From assembly GCF_016127575.1 (NCBI RefSeq), contig NZ_CP066018.1, positions 2,760,001-2,792,000 on the forward strand: a stretch of DNA of 32,000 nucleotides. Reading direction: 5' to 3'. This DNA comes from Cupriavidus necator. Its GTDB lineage: Bacteria > Pseudomonadota > Gammaproteobacteria > Burkholderiales > Burkholderiaceae. A program made the position numbers and the translations under genes. The notes under the pieces were generated by a model, which was not told the DNA's origin, did not search any database, and saw only the letters and a program-made list of their open reading frames with translations. Below are positions 1 to 8,831 of this stretch, in pieces. Each line of letters opens with the position of its first letter. Position 1 is the first letter of the stretch.

Positions 1-359
1 CCGACGAGGTCGAGGGCTACCACCCCGCCAACCATGTCGGCACCCTCAATCGCCGGCTGATCGGCCCAGAGACCGTCGGATCGCGGCATCTGGAAGTGAT
101 CCACGGCACCATCGAGAAGGGCAAGGGCGCGCTGCCGCACGCGCATCCCGGCATCGAGCAGGTCTGCTACGTGCTGGAAGGCCGCGCCGTGGCCGAGGTC
201 GGCGGCCAGCGAAAGGAACTGGGCCCTGGCGACTGCTGCTTCTTCCCGCCGGACCAGATGCATGTGTTCACCGTGGTCAGCGACGAGCCGGCCAAGATTC
301 TGGTCATCTATTCCCCGCCATATGAGGAATCCCCCGAGCGCGTGATACGGCCCGCATAA
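1..359 (+). CDS. cupin domain protein (5' end truncated by window edge)
   Basis: The frame is open from nt 3 to TAA at 357-359. The translation ...GKGALPHAHPGIEQVCYVLEG...GPGDCCFFPPDQMHVF carries a two-motif cupin-like signature (G-x5-H-x-H-x3-E and P-x-x-x-x-H). Third-position GC is high. The GTG at 96 in the ORF track is probably internal. Confidence 0.75.
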   Translation, partial: DEVEGYHPANHVGTLNRRLIGPETVGSRHLEVIHGTIEKGKGALPHAHPGIEQVCYVLEGRAVAEVGGQRKELGPGDCCFFPPDQMHVFTVVSDEPAKILVIYSPPYEESPERVIRPA

Positions 360-409
360 GACGCGGCTGGTCACGGCAAGGGATTGAACAACTACAGGAG
401 ACAACTACC

Positions 410-1387
410 GTGAAGTCCTTCAGCAATGCCTTTGCCAGCCTGGTGCTCGGGTGCACCGCGGCGCTGGCCGCCACCCCGGCGCTGTCGGCCGATGAATTCC
501 CGTCCAGGCCGCTGCGCCTGGTGGTGCCGTTCGCTGCCGGCAGCGGCACCGATGCCGTGGCCCGCCTGACTGCCAAATACCTGGGCGAGGCGCTGCAGCA
601 GCCGGTGGTGGTGGACAACAAGCCCGGCGCCAACGGCACCATTGCCGCCGAGTTCGTGGCCAAGGCCCCGGCCGATGGCTACACGCTGTTCATGACCACC
701 AACACCACGCATTCGGCCAACCCGTCGCTGATGAAGCAGCTGCGCTATGACCCGGTCAAGGATTTCACGCCGGTCTCGCGCATGGGCAACCTGCCGTTCA
801 TGCTGGTGGTCAACCCGGCGCTGCCGGTGAAGACGCTGCGCGAGTTCATCGACTATGCCAGGGCGCATCCGGGCCTGAGCTATGCCAGCGGCAACAGCAC
901 CGGCATCGTCTCGGGCGCCACGCTGTCGAAGATGGCCGGGCTGAACATGCTGCACGTGCCATACAAGAGCACGCCGCCGGCGATGACCGATGTGATGGGT
1001 GGCCAGGTGCAGGCGATGTTCGTCGACTTTGCCGCAGGCATCGCCAACGTGCGCGCCGGCAAGCTGCGCGCGCTGGCGGTGACCACCGCGCAGCGCAGCG
1101 AGCTGCTGCCCGACCTGCCGCCGCTGGCGAGCGTGCCGGAGCTGAAGGGTTTCGACGTGACCTCATGGAACGGCGTGTTCGCGCCGGCCGGGGTGCCGGC
1201 GCCGGTGGTGCAGCGGCTCAATCGTGAACTGGTTGCCATCGCCACCAGCAAGCAGCATGCGCCGCGGTTCCACGCGCTGGGCTTCGAGCCGTTCGGCAGC
1301 ACGCCGGCCGAGCTCAGCCAGTTTGTCGTGGCCGAGCTGCAGAAGTGGTCGCGGCTGGTGAAAGACGCTGGCATCCAGCCGGAATAG
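410..1387 (+). CDS. Bug-family (TctC-like) periplasmic substrate-binding protein of a tripartite tricarboxylate transporter
   Basis: GTG start lies 9 nt after AGGAG (396-400). The N-terminal signal peptide is MKSFSNAFASLVLGCTAALAATPALSA. The mature start DEFPSRPLRLVVPFAAGSGTD and a length of about 325 aa are typical of Bug/TctC receptors. Confidence 0.9.
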   Translation: MKSFSNAFASLVLGCTAALAATPALSADEFPSRPLRLVVPFAAGSGTDAVARLTAKYLGEALQQPVVVDNKPGANGTIAAEFVAKAPADGYTLFMTTNTTHSANPSLMKQLRYDPVKDFTPVSRMGNLPFMLVVNPALPVKTLREFIDYARAHPGLSYASGNSTGIVSGATLSKMAGLNMLHVPYKSTPPAMTDVMGGQVQAMFVDFAAGIANVRAGKLRALAVTTAQRSELLPDLPPLASVPELKGFDVTSWNGVFAPAGVPAPVVQRLNRELVAIATSKQHAPRFHALGFEPFGSTPAELSQFVVAELQKWSRLVKDAGIQPE

Positions 1388-1446
1388 GCGCTCTTCGGGC
1401 AACCATCAGACAACCAACAAGACAACGACATCAGGCAGGTAACGCT

Positions 1447-2613
1447 ATGAATTTCGACCTCTCCGAAGAACAGGCATCCATCGTCGAGGCCGTGCAGCAG
1501 GTCTGCACGCAGTTCGACATGGAGTACTGGGATCGCCTGGACAAGTCCGGCACCTATCCGCACGAGTTCTACAAGACGCTGTGCGAAGGCGGCTGGCTGG
1601 GCGTGGCGATGCCCGAGGCCTTCGGTGGCGCGGGCCTGGGCATCCTGGAAGCGGCGCTGGTGATGCAGACCATCTCGCAGTCGGGCGCTGGCATGACCGG
1701 CGCCTCGGCAGTGCATATGAATGTGTTCGGCCTGAACCCGGTGGTGGTGTTCGGCACCGACGAACAGAAGGGCCGCTTTCTGCCGCCGCTGATCGCCGGC
1801 CAGGAGAAGGCCTGCTTCGGCGTGACCGAGCCCGACGCGGGCCTGGACACCACCAAGCTCAAGACCTTTGCGCGCAAGGTGCCGGGCGGCTATTCGGTGA
1901 GCGGGCGCAAGATCTGGATCTCGACAGCGCAGGTGGCCGACCGCATGCTGCTGCTGGCGCGCACCACGCCGCTGGAGTCGGTGAAGAAGTCGACCGAAGG
2001 GCTGTCGCTGTTCTACACCAAAGTCGACCGCAGCAAGATCGAGATCCGCGAGATCGACAAGATGGGCCGCGCCGCCGTCGATACCAACATGCTGTTTATC
2101 GACGACCTGTTCATCCCGGAGGAAGACCGCATCGGCGAAGAGGGCAGGGGCTTTGAGTACATCCTGCACGGACTTAACCCGGAGCGCATCCTGATCGCGG
2201 CGGAGGCCATCGGCCTGGGCCGCGCGGCGCTGGCCATTGCCACGCAGTACGCCAAGGAGCGCGTGGTGTTCGGCCGCCCCATCGGCATGAACCAGGGCGT
2301 GCAGCATCCGCTGGCGCAGGCCTGGATGCAGCTGGAGTCGGCCAACCTGATGATGCTCAAGGCCGCCGCGCGCTATGACGCCGGGCAGTCCTGCGGCGCC
2401 GAGGCCAACACGGCAAAGTACCTCGCCGCCGAGGCCGGCCATAACGCGTGCCAGACCGCGATCCTGACGCTGGGCGGCATGGGCTACTCGCGCGAGTACC
2501 GCGTCGAGCGGCTGCTGCGCGAGTCCTATATCCCGCGCATCGCGCCGGTCAGCCCGCAGCTGATCATGTGCTTTATCGCCGAGCGCGTGCTGGGTTTGCC
2601 CAAGTCGTACTGA
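1447..2613 (+). CDS. acyl-CoA dehydrogenase family protein
   Basis: Start is the internal ATG at 1447 (MNFDLSEEQ...), the usual ACAD N-terminus; the ORF-track extension from 1345 overlaps the Bug gene. Contains CFGVTEPDAGLD and a C-terminal GGMGYSREYRVERLLRE segment, characteristic of ACADs. 388 aa. Confidence 0.9.
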   Translation: MNFDLSEEQASIVEAVQQVCTQFDMEYWDRLDKSGTYPHEFYKTLCEGGWLGVAMPEAFGGAGLGILEAALVMQTISQSGAGMTGASAVHMNVFGLNPVVVFGTDEQKGRFLPPLIAGQEKACFGVTEPDAGLDTTKLKTFARKVPGGYSVSGRKIWISTAQVADRMLLLARTTPLESVKKSTEGLSLFYTKVDRSKIEIREIDKMGRAAVDTNMLFIDDLFIPEEDRIGEEGRGFEYILHGLNPERILIAAEAIGLGRAALAIATQYAKERVVFGRPIGMNQGVQHPLAQAWMQLESANLMMLKAAARYDAGQSCGAEANTAKYLAAEAGHNACQTAILTLGGMGYSREYRVERLLRESYIPRIAPVSPQLIMCFIAERVLGLPKSY

Positions 2614-2625
2614 GAGGGAGCGACG

Positions 2626-3789
2626 ATGCCAGACGAGCAAGCGCAGGCGAGCGCGGCCACCGGGCCGCTGGCCGGCATCCGCGTGATCGACATGACCGCG
2701 GTCGCGATGGGGCCGTATGCCACCCAGATCCTCGGCGACATGGGGGCTGAAGTCATCAAGGTCGAGCCGCCCGCCGGCGATGTGTTCCGCCACGCCGAGC
2801 CGGCGCGGCACGCGGCCATGGGCGCCAGCTTCCTGAACCTGAACCGCAACAAGCAGTTCGTGGTGCTGGACGTGAAGCAGCCCGATGACCTCGCCGCGCT
2901 GAAAGCCCTGATCGCCACGGCCGATGTCTTTGTCTCCAACGTGCGGCCGCAGTCGCTGCGCAAGCTTGGGCTGGACTATGCGTCGCTGCGCGCGGACCAT
3001 CCGCGGCTGATCTACTGCGGCGCTTATGGCTATTCGGAAGAGGGTCCCTACGCGGGCGCGCCGGCCTTCGACGACATCATCCAGGCGCGCAGCGGCATGG
3101 CGCAGTTCCAGGGTGCGAACTCGAACGAAGGCCCGCAGTACGTCAACACCATCCTGGCCGACAAGGTGGCCGGGCTGACCGTGGCCTACGCGATCCCGAT
3201 GGCGCTGTACGAGCGCGAGCGTTCCGGCCAGGGCCAGGCCATCGAGGTGCCGATGTTCGAGACGCTGGTGTCCTTCCTGGCCACCGAGCAATTGGCCGGG
3301 CAGACCTTCATCCCGCCGCTCGGGCAGGCCGGCTATCCGCGCGTGATGTCGGCGCACCGCAAGCCCTATCGCACGCGCGACGGCCATATTGCGCTGCTGC
3401 CCTATACAAGCGCCCAATGGCTGCGTTTTTTCGATGTGTCAGGCCATGCGGAGCTGGCGCAGGATCGGCGCTATGCCACCCCGGCCGCGCGCAGCGCCAA
3501 TATCGACGCGCTCTACGCCACACTGGCCGAGATCGTCGCGCAGCGCAGCACTGCGGAATGGCTCGACCTGCTGCGTGATGCCGATATCCCGCACAGCGAA
3601 GTGCCGCATTTCGAGAGCCTGGCCGACGACCCGCACCTGCGCGCCACCGGCATGATGTTCGAATACGACCATCCCAGCGAAGGCCGGCTGCGTGGCGTGG
3701 GCATCCCGACGCGCTTCTCGCGCACGCCCGGCAATATCCGCAGCTGGCCGCAGGCGTTGCCCGGGCCAGGCGGCGCGGAGGGCGGCTGA
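2626..3789 (+). CDS. family III (CaiB/BaiF) CoA-transferase
   Basis: The N-terminus GPLAGIRVIDMTAVAMGPYATQILGDMGAEVIKVEPPAGD is the hallmark opening of CaiB/BaiF-type CoA-transferases. Lies 12 nt downstream of the ACAD stop. Confidence 0.9.
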   Translation: MPDEQAQASAATGPLAGIRVIDMTAVAMGPYATQILGDMGAEVIKVEPPAGDVFRHAEPARHAAMGASFLNLNRNKQFVVLDVKQPDDLAALKALIATADVFVSNVRPQSLRKLGLDYASLRADHPRLIYCGAYGYSEEGPYAGAPAFDDIIQARSGMAQFQGANSNEGPQYVNTILADKVAGLTVAYAIPMALYERERSGQGQAIEVPMFETLVSFLATEQLAGQTFIPPLGQAGYPRVMSAHRKPYRTRDGHIALLPYTSAQWLRFFDVSGHAELAQDRRYATPAARSANIDALYATLAEIVAQRSTAEWLDLLRDADIPHSEVPHFESLADDPHLRATGMMFEYDHPSEGRLRGVGIPTRFSRTPGNIRSWPQALPGPGGAEGG

Positions 3790-3857
3790 CACCCTTGCCG
3801 GCCGACTCCGCCGCGTACAATCCCGGCCAACAGATATTGAAGTCGAGGAAGCCAACG

Positions 3858-4625
3858 ATGGCAGAACAGGAACCGGCAGAAAAATCGGGTCACGCCAGCG
3901 TCAAGACCGCGCTGCGCGTGATTGAGATCATGGAGATCTATGCGCGCGAAGGGCGCTCGCTGACGCTGACCGAGCTGGCCAGGCTGCTGGGCGCGCCGAT
4001 GTCGAGCTGCCTGGGGCTGATCCGCACACTGGCCTCGCTCGGCTACCTGTACGAGACCGGCCGCCGCCAGGGCTACTACCCGACGCGCCGGCTGCTCGAC
4101 ATTGCCCAGCGCATCGCCCGCAACGACCCGCTGCTCGAACGCGTGCAGCCGGTGCTGGAATCGCTGCGCGACACCACCGGCGAAACCGTGATCTTCGGCA
4201 AGCTTCAGGATGACGGCCGCGTGCTGTACCTGGAGGTGCGGGAGTCCGGCAATCCGGTGCGCTATATCGCCGCGCCGGGCGAGCTGCGCGATGCGCACGT
4301 GAACTCGATCGGCCGCGCCATCCTTGGCACGATGCCGGCGGACAGCCGCGCCGAACTGCTGGCCGGCGTGTCGTTTGCCTCGCGCACGGGGCGCACGGTG
4401 GACTCGCTGCGCGTTTTCGAAGCCGCCATGCAGCAATGGCAGGCGCAAGGCTGGTATCCGAACTTTGGCGAGTCGTTTCCTGATCTCGGCGCGATCGCCT
4501 TCCCGGTGGCCATCGGGGGCGTGACCTATGGCATGTCCGTGGCGGGGCCGCTGCATCGGATCGAGGCCAATGCCGACGCCATTGTCGTGGCGCTGAAGGC
4601 CGCTGGCGGTTCGCTGCAGGGATAA
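3858..4625 (+). CDS. IclR-family transcriptional regulator
   Basis: ATG 3858 lies 7 nt after GAGGAA (3845-3850). The N-terminal winged HTH (ALRVIEIMEIYAREGRSLTLTELARLLGAPMSSCLGLIRTLASLGYL) followed by an effector-binding domain of about 170 aa matches the IclR architecture. Confidence 0.85.
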   Translation: MAEQEPAEKSGHASVKTALRVIEIMEIYAREGRSLTLTELARLLGAPMSSCLGLIRTLASLGYLYETGRRQGYYPTRRLLDIAQRIARNDPLLERVQPVLESLRDTTGETVIFGKLQDDGRVLYLEVRESGNPVRYIAAPGELRDAHVNSIGRAILGTMPADSRAELLAGVSFASRTGRTVDSLRVFEAAMQQWQAQGWYPNFGESFPDLGAIAFPVAIGGVTYGMSVAGPLHRIEANADAIVVALKAAGGSLQG

Positions 4626-4724
4626 GTGGGAGAGGGCAGGCGTTGCGGCGGCCCGCAGGCTGTCGTGACGGCTGTCGAGGCCGGACAAGATCGAAGCGCG
4701 TTGCGCGAACCGAAGCCCAAAACG

Positions 4725-4752
4725 AAAAAGCCCGGTGCGTTTGCACCGGGCT
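4725..4752 (-). terminator. rho-independent terminator downstream of tRNA-Asn
   Basis: Perfect 10-bp stem AGCCCGGTGC/GCACCGGGCT (4729-4738 / 4743-4752) with loop GTTT. On the minus-strand RNA it is followed by U5 (A-run 4725-4729). Confidence 0.8.
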
Positions 4753-4763
4753 TCCGTATCGGT

Positions 4764-4839
4764 TGGCTCCCCGACCTGGGCTCGAACCAGGGACCTGCGG
4801 ATTAACAGTCCGTCGCTCTACCGACTGAGCTATCGGGGA
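4764..4839 (-). tRNA. tRNA-Asn (anticodon GUU)
   Basis: The reverse complement reads TCCCCGATAGCTCAGTCGGTAGAGCGACGGACTGTTAATCCGCAGGTCCCTGGTTCGAGCCCAGGTCGGGGAGCCA (76 nt). It has a 7-bp acceptor stem, GCTC/GAGC D stem, CTGTTAA anticodon loop, CCTGG/CCAGG T stem with TTCGAGC loop, and an encoded CCA. Confidence 0.92.
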
Positions 4840-4854
4840 ACAGCTGAGAGAGAA

Positions 4855-4884
4855 ATTATAGCCAGTTTCTCTTTTCTTCGTCAA
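4855..4884 (-). promoter_or_regulatory. sigma70-type promoter for tRNA-Asn
   Basis: The minus strand reads TTGACG (4884-4879), an 18-nt spacer, then TATAAT (4860-4855). The -10 box ends about 15 nt upstream of the mature tRNA 5' end, and an A/T-rich stretch lies upstream. Confidence 0.6.
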
Positions 4885-5035
4885 CACCTTTTCGACATTT
4901 TGTTCTTGTCAGAAGGTGTCTGAAAGCTTCCGGCTTGCTGCCTGCCGTACGGTGCGAAGGGCATCTCTGCTGGCTTCGTGCCGTCGTGTCGAACAGCGAG
5001 GCCGCATTATAGCTATGGTTTTTGGTTTGTGCCAG

Positions 5036-5063
5036 AAAAAAACCGCCTCGCGGCGGTTTTTTT
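5036..5063. terminator. symmetric (bidirectional) intrinsic terminator, 18 nt downstream of the ferredoxin-NADP reductase gene
   Basis: AAAAAAACCGCC-TCGC-GGCGGTTTTTTT forms a perfect palindromic hairpin flanked by A7 and T7, so it reads as hairpin plus U-tract on both strands. Confidence 0.8.
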
Positions 5064-5081
5064 CTGCGGCACTCGCCCGGC

Positions 5082-6191
5082 TCAGTCGAACACCGGCGAA
5101 TCCACGCCGAGGATCTTGTGCAGCTTCGGCGAGGTGGTGGTGTACTGCATGTGGATTTTCTTCTCGGGGAAGATATACGGCGCGGCACCGAACGCGGCCA
5201 GCGCGGCCTCGTGGAAGCCCGACAGGATCAGCTTCTTCTTGCCGGGGTAGGTATTGATGTCGCCCACCGCGAAGATGCCCGGGATATTGGTCTCGAACTT
5301 CTCGGTGTCCACCTTGATCTGCTTGCGCTCCAGGTCCAGGCCCCACTCGGCGATCGGGCCGAGCTTGGGCGACAGGCCGAAGAACACCAGCAGGTCATCC
5401 ACCGGCAGGCGGCGGGTCACGCCGTCGGCGCCGGTCACCTTGATCTCGGTGAGCACGCCGTCCTTCTCTTCATAGCCGCCGACCTGGCCGACCAGGAACT
5501 GCATTTCCATTTGCTCGCACAGTTCCTTCATCTTGGCGACCGAGGCCGGCGCGGCGCGGAAGCCGTCGCGGCGGTGGATCATCACCACCGACTCGGCCTT
5601 GCCGACCAGGTCCAGCGTCCAGTCCAGCGCCGAGTCACCGCCGCCGATGATCACCAGGTTGCGGCCATGGAAGCGGCTCGGGTCCTTGACGCGGTAGAAC
5701 AGCTGCTTGCCGTCGAACTTGTCGATGCCCTCGACCTTCAGCGTGCGCGGCTGGAACGAACCCACGCCGGCGGCGATAAAGATGGTCTTGGTGATGAAGC
5801 GGGTTCCGAGCGAGGTCTCGACGAAGAAGCGGCCGTCCTCGCGGCGCTCCACGACGGCGACTTCCTGACCCAGGTGGAAGGTGGGCTCGAACGGCTCGAT
5901 CTGCTTGAGCAGGTTGTCGGTCAGTTCCTGGCCGGTGCAGATGGGCACCGCCGGGATGTCGTAGATGGGCTTGTCCGGATAGAGCTCCACGCACTGGCCG
6001 CCGACCACCTTCAGGGAATCGATGACATGTGCCTTGATTTCGAGCAGGCCCAGTTCAAAGACCTGGAACAGGCCCACCGGGCCGGCACCGACGATCAGCG
6101 CATCGATCTCCTGCGGCTGGCCGCCTGCAGGGCTGCCGCCGTCGACCTGCTTGGTCGTGTCGGCGACGGGATTTGGAATGCTCAAGTCCAT
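5082..6191 (-). CDS. ferredoxin-NADP(+) reductase, thioredoxin-reductase-like type
   Basis: 369 aa. Has an FAD-binding GxGxxG ([13 protein letters not shown]), a second dinucleotide fold ([13 protein letters not shown]) and a C-terminal [28 protein letters not shown] segment, typical of TrxR-like FNRs lacking the CxxC redox pair. AGGA lies 5 nt before the ATG. Confidence 0.88.
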   Translation of the reverse strand: MDLSIPNPVADTTKQVDGGSPAGGQPQEIDALIVGAGPVGLFQVFELGLLEIKAHVIDSLKVVGGQCVELYPDKPIYDIPAVPICTGQELTDNLLKQIEPFEPTFHLGQEVAVVERREDGRFFVETSLGTRFITKTIFIAAGVGSFQPRTLKVEGIDKFDGKQLFYRVKDPSRFHGRNLVIIGGGDSALDWTLDLVGKAESVVMIHRRDGFRAAPASVAKMKELCEQMEMQFLVGQVGGYEEKDGVLTEIKVTGADGVTRRLPVDDLLVFFGLSPKLGPIAEWGLDLERKQIKVDTEKFETNIPGIFAVGDINTYPGKKKLILSGFHEAALAAFGAAPYIFPEKKIHMQYTTTSPKLHKILGVDSPVFD

Positions 6192-6268
6192 ATTCGTCCT
6201 GATACGTTTGCATGGGCCGCTTGTGCCCGGTGTTGCGGAAAGCGCGTGGGGACGGCTTTCTTGTTCTG

Positions 6269-6592
6269 TCAGCGCTGCAGGTACTGCAGCTTGTCAGTGG
6301 CGTCCTTCCATTCCTCGGCCTCGGCCAGCGGGGCCTTGGTCTTGGTGATGGAGGGCCAGTTGCGGGCCAGCTCGGCGTTCAGGTTGATGAACTGCTGCTG
6401 GTCGCCCGGCACGTCTTCCTCGGCGTAAATGGCGTTCACCGGGCATTCGGCCACGCACACGGCGCAGTCGATGCACTCATCCGGGTCGATAGCCAGGAAG
6501 TTGGGGCCTTCGCGGAAACAATCGACCGGACACACGTCAACGCAGTCTGTGTAGCGGCAACGGATGCAGGATTCGGTGACAACGTGAGTCAT
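6269..6592 (-). CDS. fdxA: 7Fe ferredoxin (Azotobacter FdxA type)
   Basis: 107 aa. [55 protein letters not shown] shows the CxxCxxxxCxxxCP plus CxxCxxCxxxCP cysteine pattern of [3Fe-4S][4Fe-4S] ferredoxins. Confidence 0.93.
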   Translation of the reverse strand: MTHVVTESCIRCRYTDCVDVCPVDCFREGPNFLAIDPDECIDCAVCVAECPVNAIYAEEDVPGDQQQFINLNAELARNWPSITKTKAPLAEAEEWKDATDKLQYLQR

Positions 6593-6949
6593 TTCGGTTC
6601 CAGGAAAACAGGTCGGCTTTTAATGGGAAACTGTGGGGCCGCTTCTTGCCGGCGGACGCCGCATCCACCGCATGGTGCCGCATGGCAGCATGGGCTGGGC
6701 GAGCGCCGGCCGAGGCCTTTCGGAAAGCGATATTGTAGCCGAGGCTTCTGGCAAGAATAGCGGGTCTATATAGCCGGATCAGATAGTTTTCTTATTTCTT
6801 TATGTACTTTTGATTTAACGCATGGCGGCCTGCTGGCATGTCGGCCCGCCAGCGGGCATGATGAGGCCGCCAACAGTCACTTGCATCCGTGCCGGGAGAC
6901 CCGTATGCCACGCCAGCCTTGCCTTGCCAGCCTGCGGCACGATGCCGCG

Positions 6950-7468
6950 ATGCGCCGGATCTTCGCACCCATTGTTGTGCTGCTGACGGCATTTCTGGCG
7001 CCGATCGGGTCGGTTGCCGCCCAGACCCTGGCCCAGTCGCCGGGCATGGCCGACAGCGTGGTATCGCGCCTGGTGGCGTGGCGCGCGCGCACCGATGCGC
7101 CGGTCGCGCTGCCGGCGCTGACCGCGTTCGAGTGGGACCACTTCAGCGTGACCGATTCGCCCGCGGGCGACGCCATCGCCCATTGCGGCCGGGCCGGCCT
7201 GATGCCGTGCGGGCCGCAGTTGCAGCCGCAGCCGGGCGACCGGGTCCAGGTGTTGCGCTTCGAGCGCGCCGGGACCCAGGTCTACACCGAGCGCATCATG
7301 GCCGGCGACGGCGCCTTTGCCGAGCCGCTGCCGCAGCGGGTGCCGCGCGCCGCCGCCACGCTGGTGTCGTGCCCCGCTACCGACGGCCGCCAGTTGTGGT
7401 GCCTGCAGGGCAAGGCCCGGGGCAGGGAGGCGCCGCGGCAGCCACAGCCCTTCCTCGATGGTGGTTGA
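6950..7468 (+). CDS. hypothetical secreted/periplasmic protein (start uncertain: 6881, 6905 or 6950)
   Basis: The frame has high GC3. From ATG 6950 the product starts MRRIFAPIVVLLTAFLAPIGSVAAQ, a signal peptide with an A-x-A-like cleavage site. The mature part has 4 Cys. I recognise no family. Confidence 0.55.
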   Translation: MRRIFAPIVVLLTAFLAPIGSVAAQTLAQSPGMADSVVSRLVAWRARTDAPVALPALTAFEWDHFSVTDSPAGDAIAHCGRAGLMPCGPQLQPQPGDRVQVLRFERAGTQVYTERIMAGDGAFAEPLPQRVPRAAATLVSCPATDGRQLWCLQGKARGREAPRQPQPFLDGG

Positions 7469-7543
7469 GCGGCAAGAGTGGCCGGGTGCGGCCAGACTTC
7501 GGTTAGCATGACGTACTGACCCGGCATCGCCGTCTGGCCCGCT

Positions 7544-8722
7544 ATGATCATCCCGTCCCTGCTCGACACCGACCTGTACAAATTCACGATGATGCAGGTG
7601 GTGCTGCATCAGTTCCCGCAGGCGCAAGTGGAATACCGCTTCAAGTGCCGCAACGCGGGCGTCGACCTGACGCCCTATATCGATGAGATCCGCGCCGAGG
7701 TGGCACACCTGTGCCAGTTGCGCTTCACCGACGACGAGCTCGCCTACCTGCGCGGGCTGCGCTTTATCAAGAGCGATTTCGTCGACTTCCTCGGCCTGTT
7801 CCACCTGAACGAGAAATATGTCTCGGTGCGGCCGTCCCCGCAGGGCAATGGCGAGATCGAGATCTCGATCATCGGCCCGTGGCTGCATACCATCCTGTTC
7901 GAAGTGCCGGTCCTGGCGATCGTCAACGAGGTCTATTTCCGCCGCACCCAGCCCAGGCCCGACCTGGCCGAAGGCCGCCGCCGGCTGGACCAGAAGCTGG
8001 CCTTGCTGAAGACACCCGAGCTGGCCGATTGCGTGATCGCCGACTACGGCACGCGCCGGCGCTTTTCGCGCGAATGGCAGGAAGAGGTGCTGCTGACCAT
8101 GCGGCGCCTGCTCGGGCCGCAGCTGGCCGGCACCAGCAACGTCCACTTTGCCCGTCTGCACAATATGGTGCCGCTGGGCACGATGGCGCATGAATACCTG
8201 CAGGCCTGCCAGGCGCTGGGCCCGCGGCTGCGCGATTCGCAGGTGTACGCACTGGAGCGCTGGGCGCGCGAGTACCGCGGTGACCTGGGCATCGCGCTGT
8301 CGGATACCTACGGCTTCGATGCCTTCCTGCGCGACTTCGACCTGTATTTCTGCAAGCTCTTCGATGGCGTGCGCCATGATTCCGGCGACCCGATGCTGTG
8401 GGGCGAGCGCATGGTCGCCCACTATGCCGCCAACCGCGTCGACCCGCGCACCAAGACGCTGATCTTCAGCGACAGCCTCGACATCCCGCGCGTGATCGAA
8501 CTGTACGAGCGCTTCCATGGCCGCTGCCGGCTCGCCTTTGGCGTCGGCACCAACCTGACCAACGACCTCGGCTATACCCCGCTGCAGATCGTGATCAAGA
8601 TGGTGCGCTGCAACGGGCAGCCGGTGGCCAAGCTGTCGGACACGCCGGAAAAGACCATGTGCGACGATCCCGGCTACCTGTCCTACCTGCGCCAGGTGTA
8701 CTCGGTTCAGCCCGCGGCGTAG
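7544..8722 (+). CDS. pncB: nicotinate phosphoribosyltransferase
   Basis: 392 aa. The N-terminus [25 protein letters not shown] and the internal GTMAHEY motif are characteristic of PncB. Confidence 0.93.
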   Translation: MIIPSLLDTDLYKFTMMQVVLHQFPQAQVEYRFKCRNAGVDLTPYIDEIRAEVAHLCQLRFTDDELAYLRGLRFIKSDFVDFLGLFHLNEKYVSVRPSPQGNGEIEISIIGPWLHTILFEVPVLAIVNEVYFRRTQPRPDLAEGRRRLDQKLALLKTPELADCVIADYGTRRRFSREWQEEVLLTMRRLLGPQLAGTSNVHFARLHNMVPLGTMAHEYLQACQALGPRLRDSQVYALERWAREYRGDLGIALSDTYGFDAFLRDFDLYFCKLFDGVRHDSGDPMLWGERMVAHYAANRVDPRTKTLIFSDSLDIPRVIELYERFHGRCRLAFGVGTNLTNDLGYTPLQIVIKMVRCNGQPVAKLSDTPEKTMCDDPGYLSYLRQVYSVQPAA

Positions 8723-8831
8723 CAAAATTCAACACCTTGCGCCGGCCATCGCATGCTCTGCATGCGGCGGGCGCCACTATAATCGGCGCATCGCGCGTTC
8801 GCCGCGCTTTGCGCTTCTCCAGCCAGGCCTT

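Noticed and set aside
880-3417. 845-aa minus-strand ORF across the Bug, ACAD and CoA-transferase genes
   Set aside because: It is in-register antisense to the ACAD and CoA-transferase genes, which share a frame. Its composition is Arg/Ala/Gly/His-rich with no motifs, and the plus-strand products have clear family signatures.
3795-3821. TTGCCG ... TACAAT upstream of the IclR gene
   Set aside because: The spacer is only 15 nt, too short for a standard sigma70 promoter, so it is not reported as a feature.
4725-5081. tRNA-Asn as a possible genomic-island integration site
   Set aside because: There is no integrase and no obvious duplicated tRNA 3' segment. The flanks show no compositional shift and consist of ordinary metabolic genes with their own terminators.
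6815-8725. 636-aa minus-strand ORF opposite pncB and the secreted hypothetical gene
   Set aside because: It is an in-register antisense shadow of pncB with no recognisable domain. The pncB assignment on the plus strand is strong.
8751-8783. Palindrome CGCATGC-TCT-GCATGCG and a consensus TATAAT (8778-8783) between pncB and the LUD gene
   Set aside because: The hairpin lacks a U-tract, and the TATAAT has no acceptable -35 (GCTCTG/TGCTCT). It is plausible as a terminator plus promoter but too weak to call as features.
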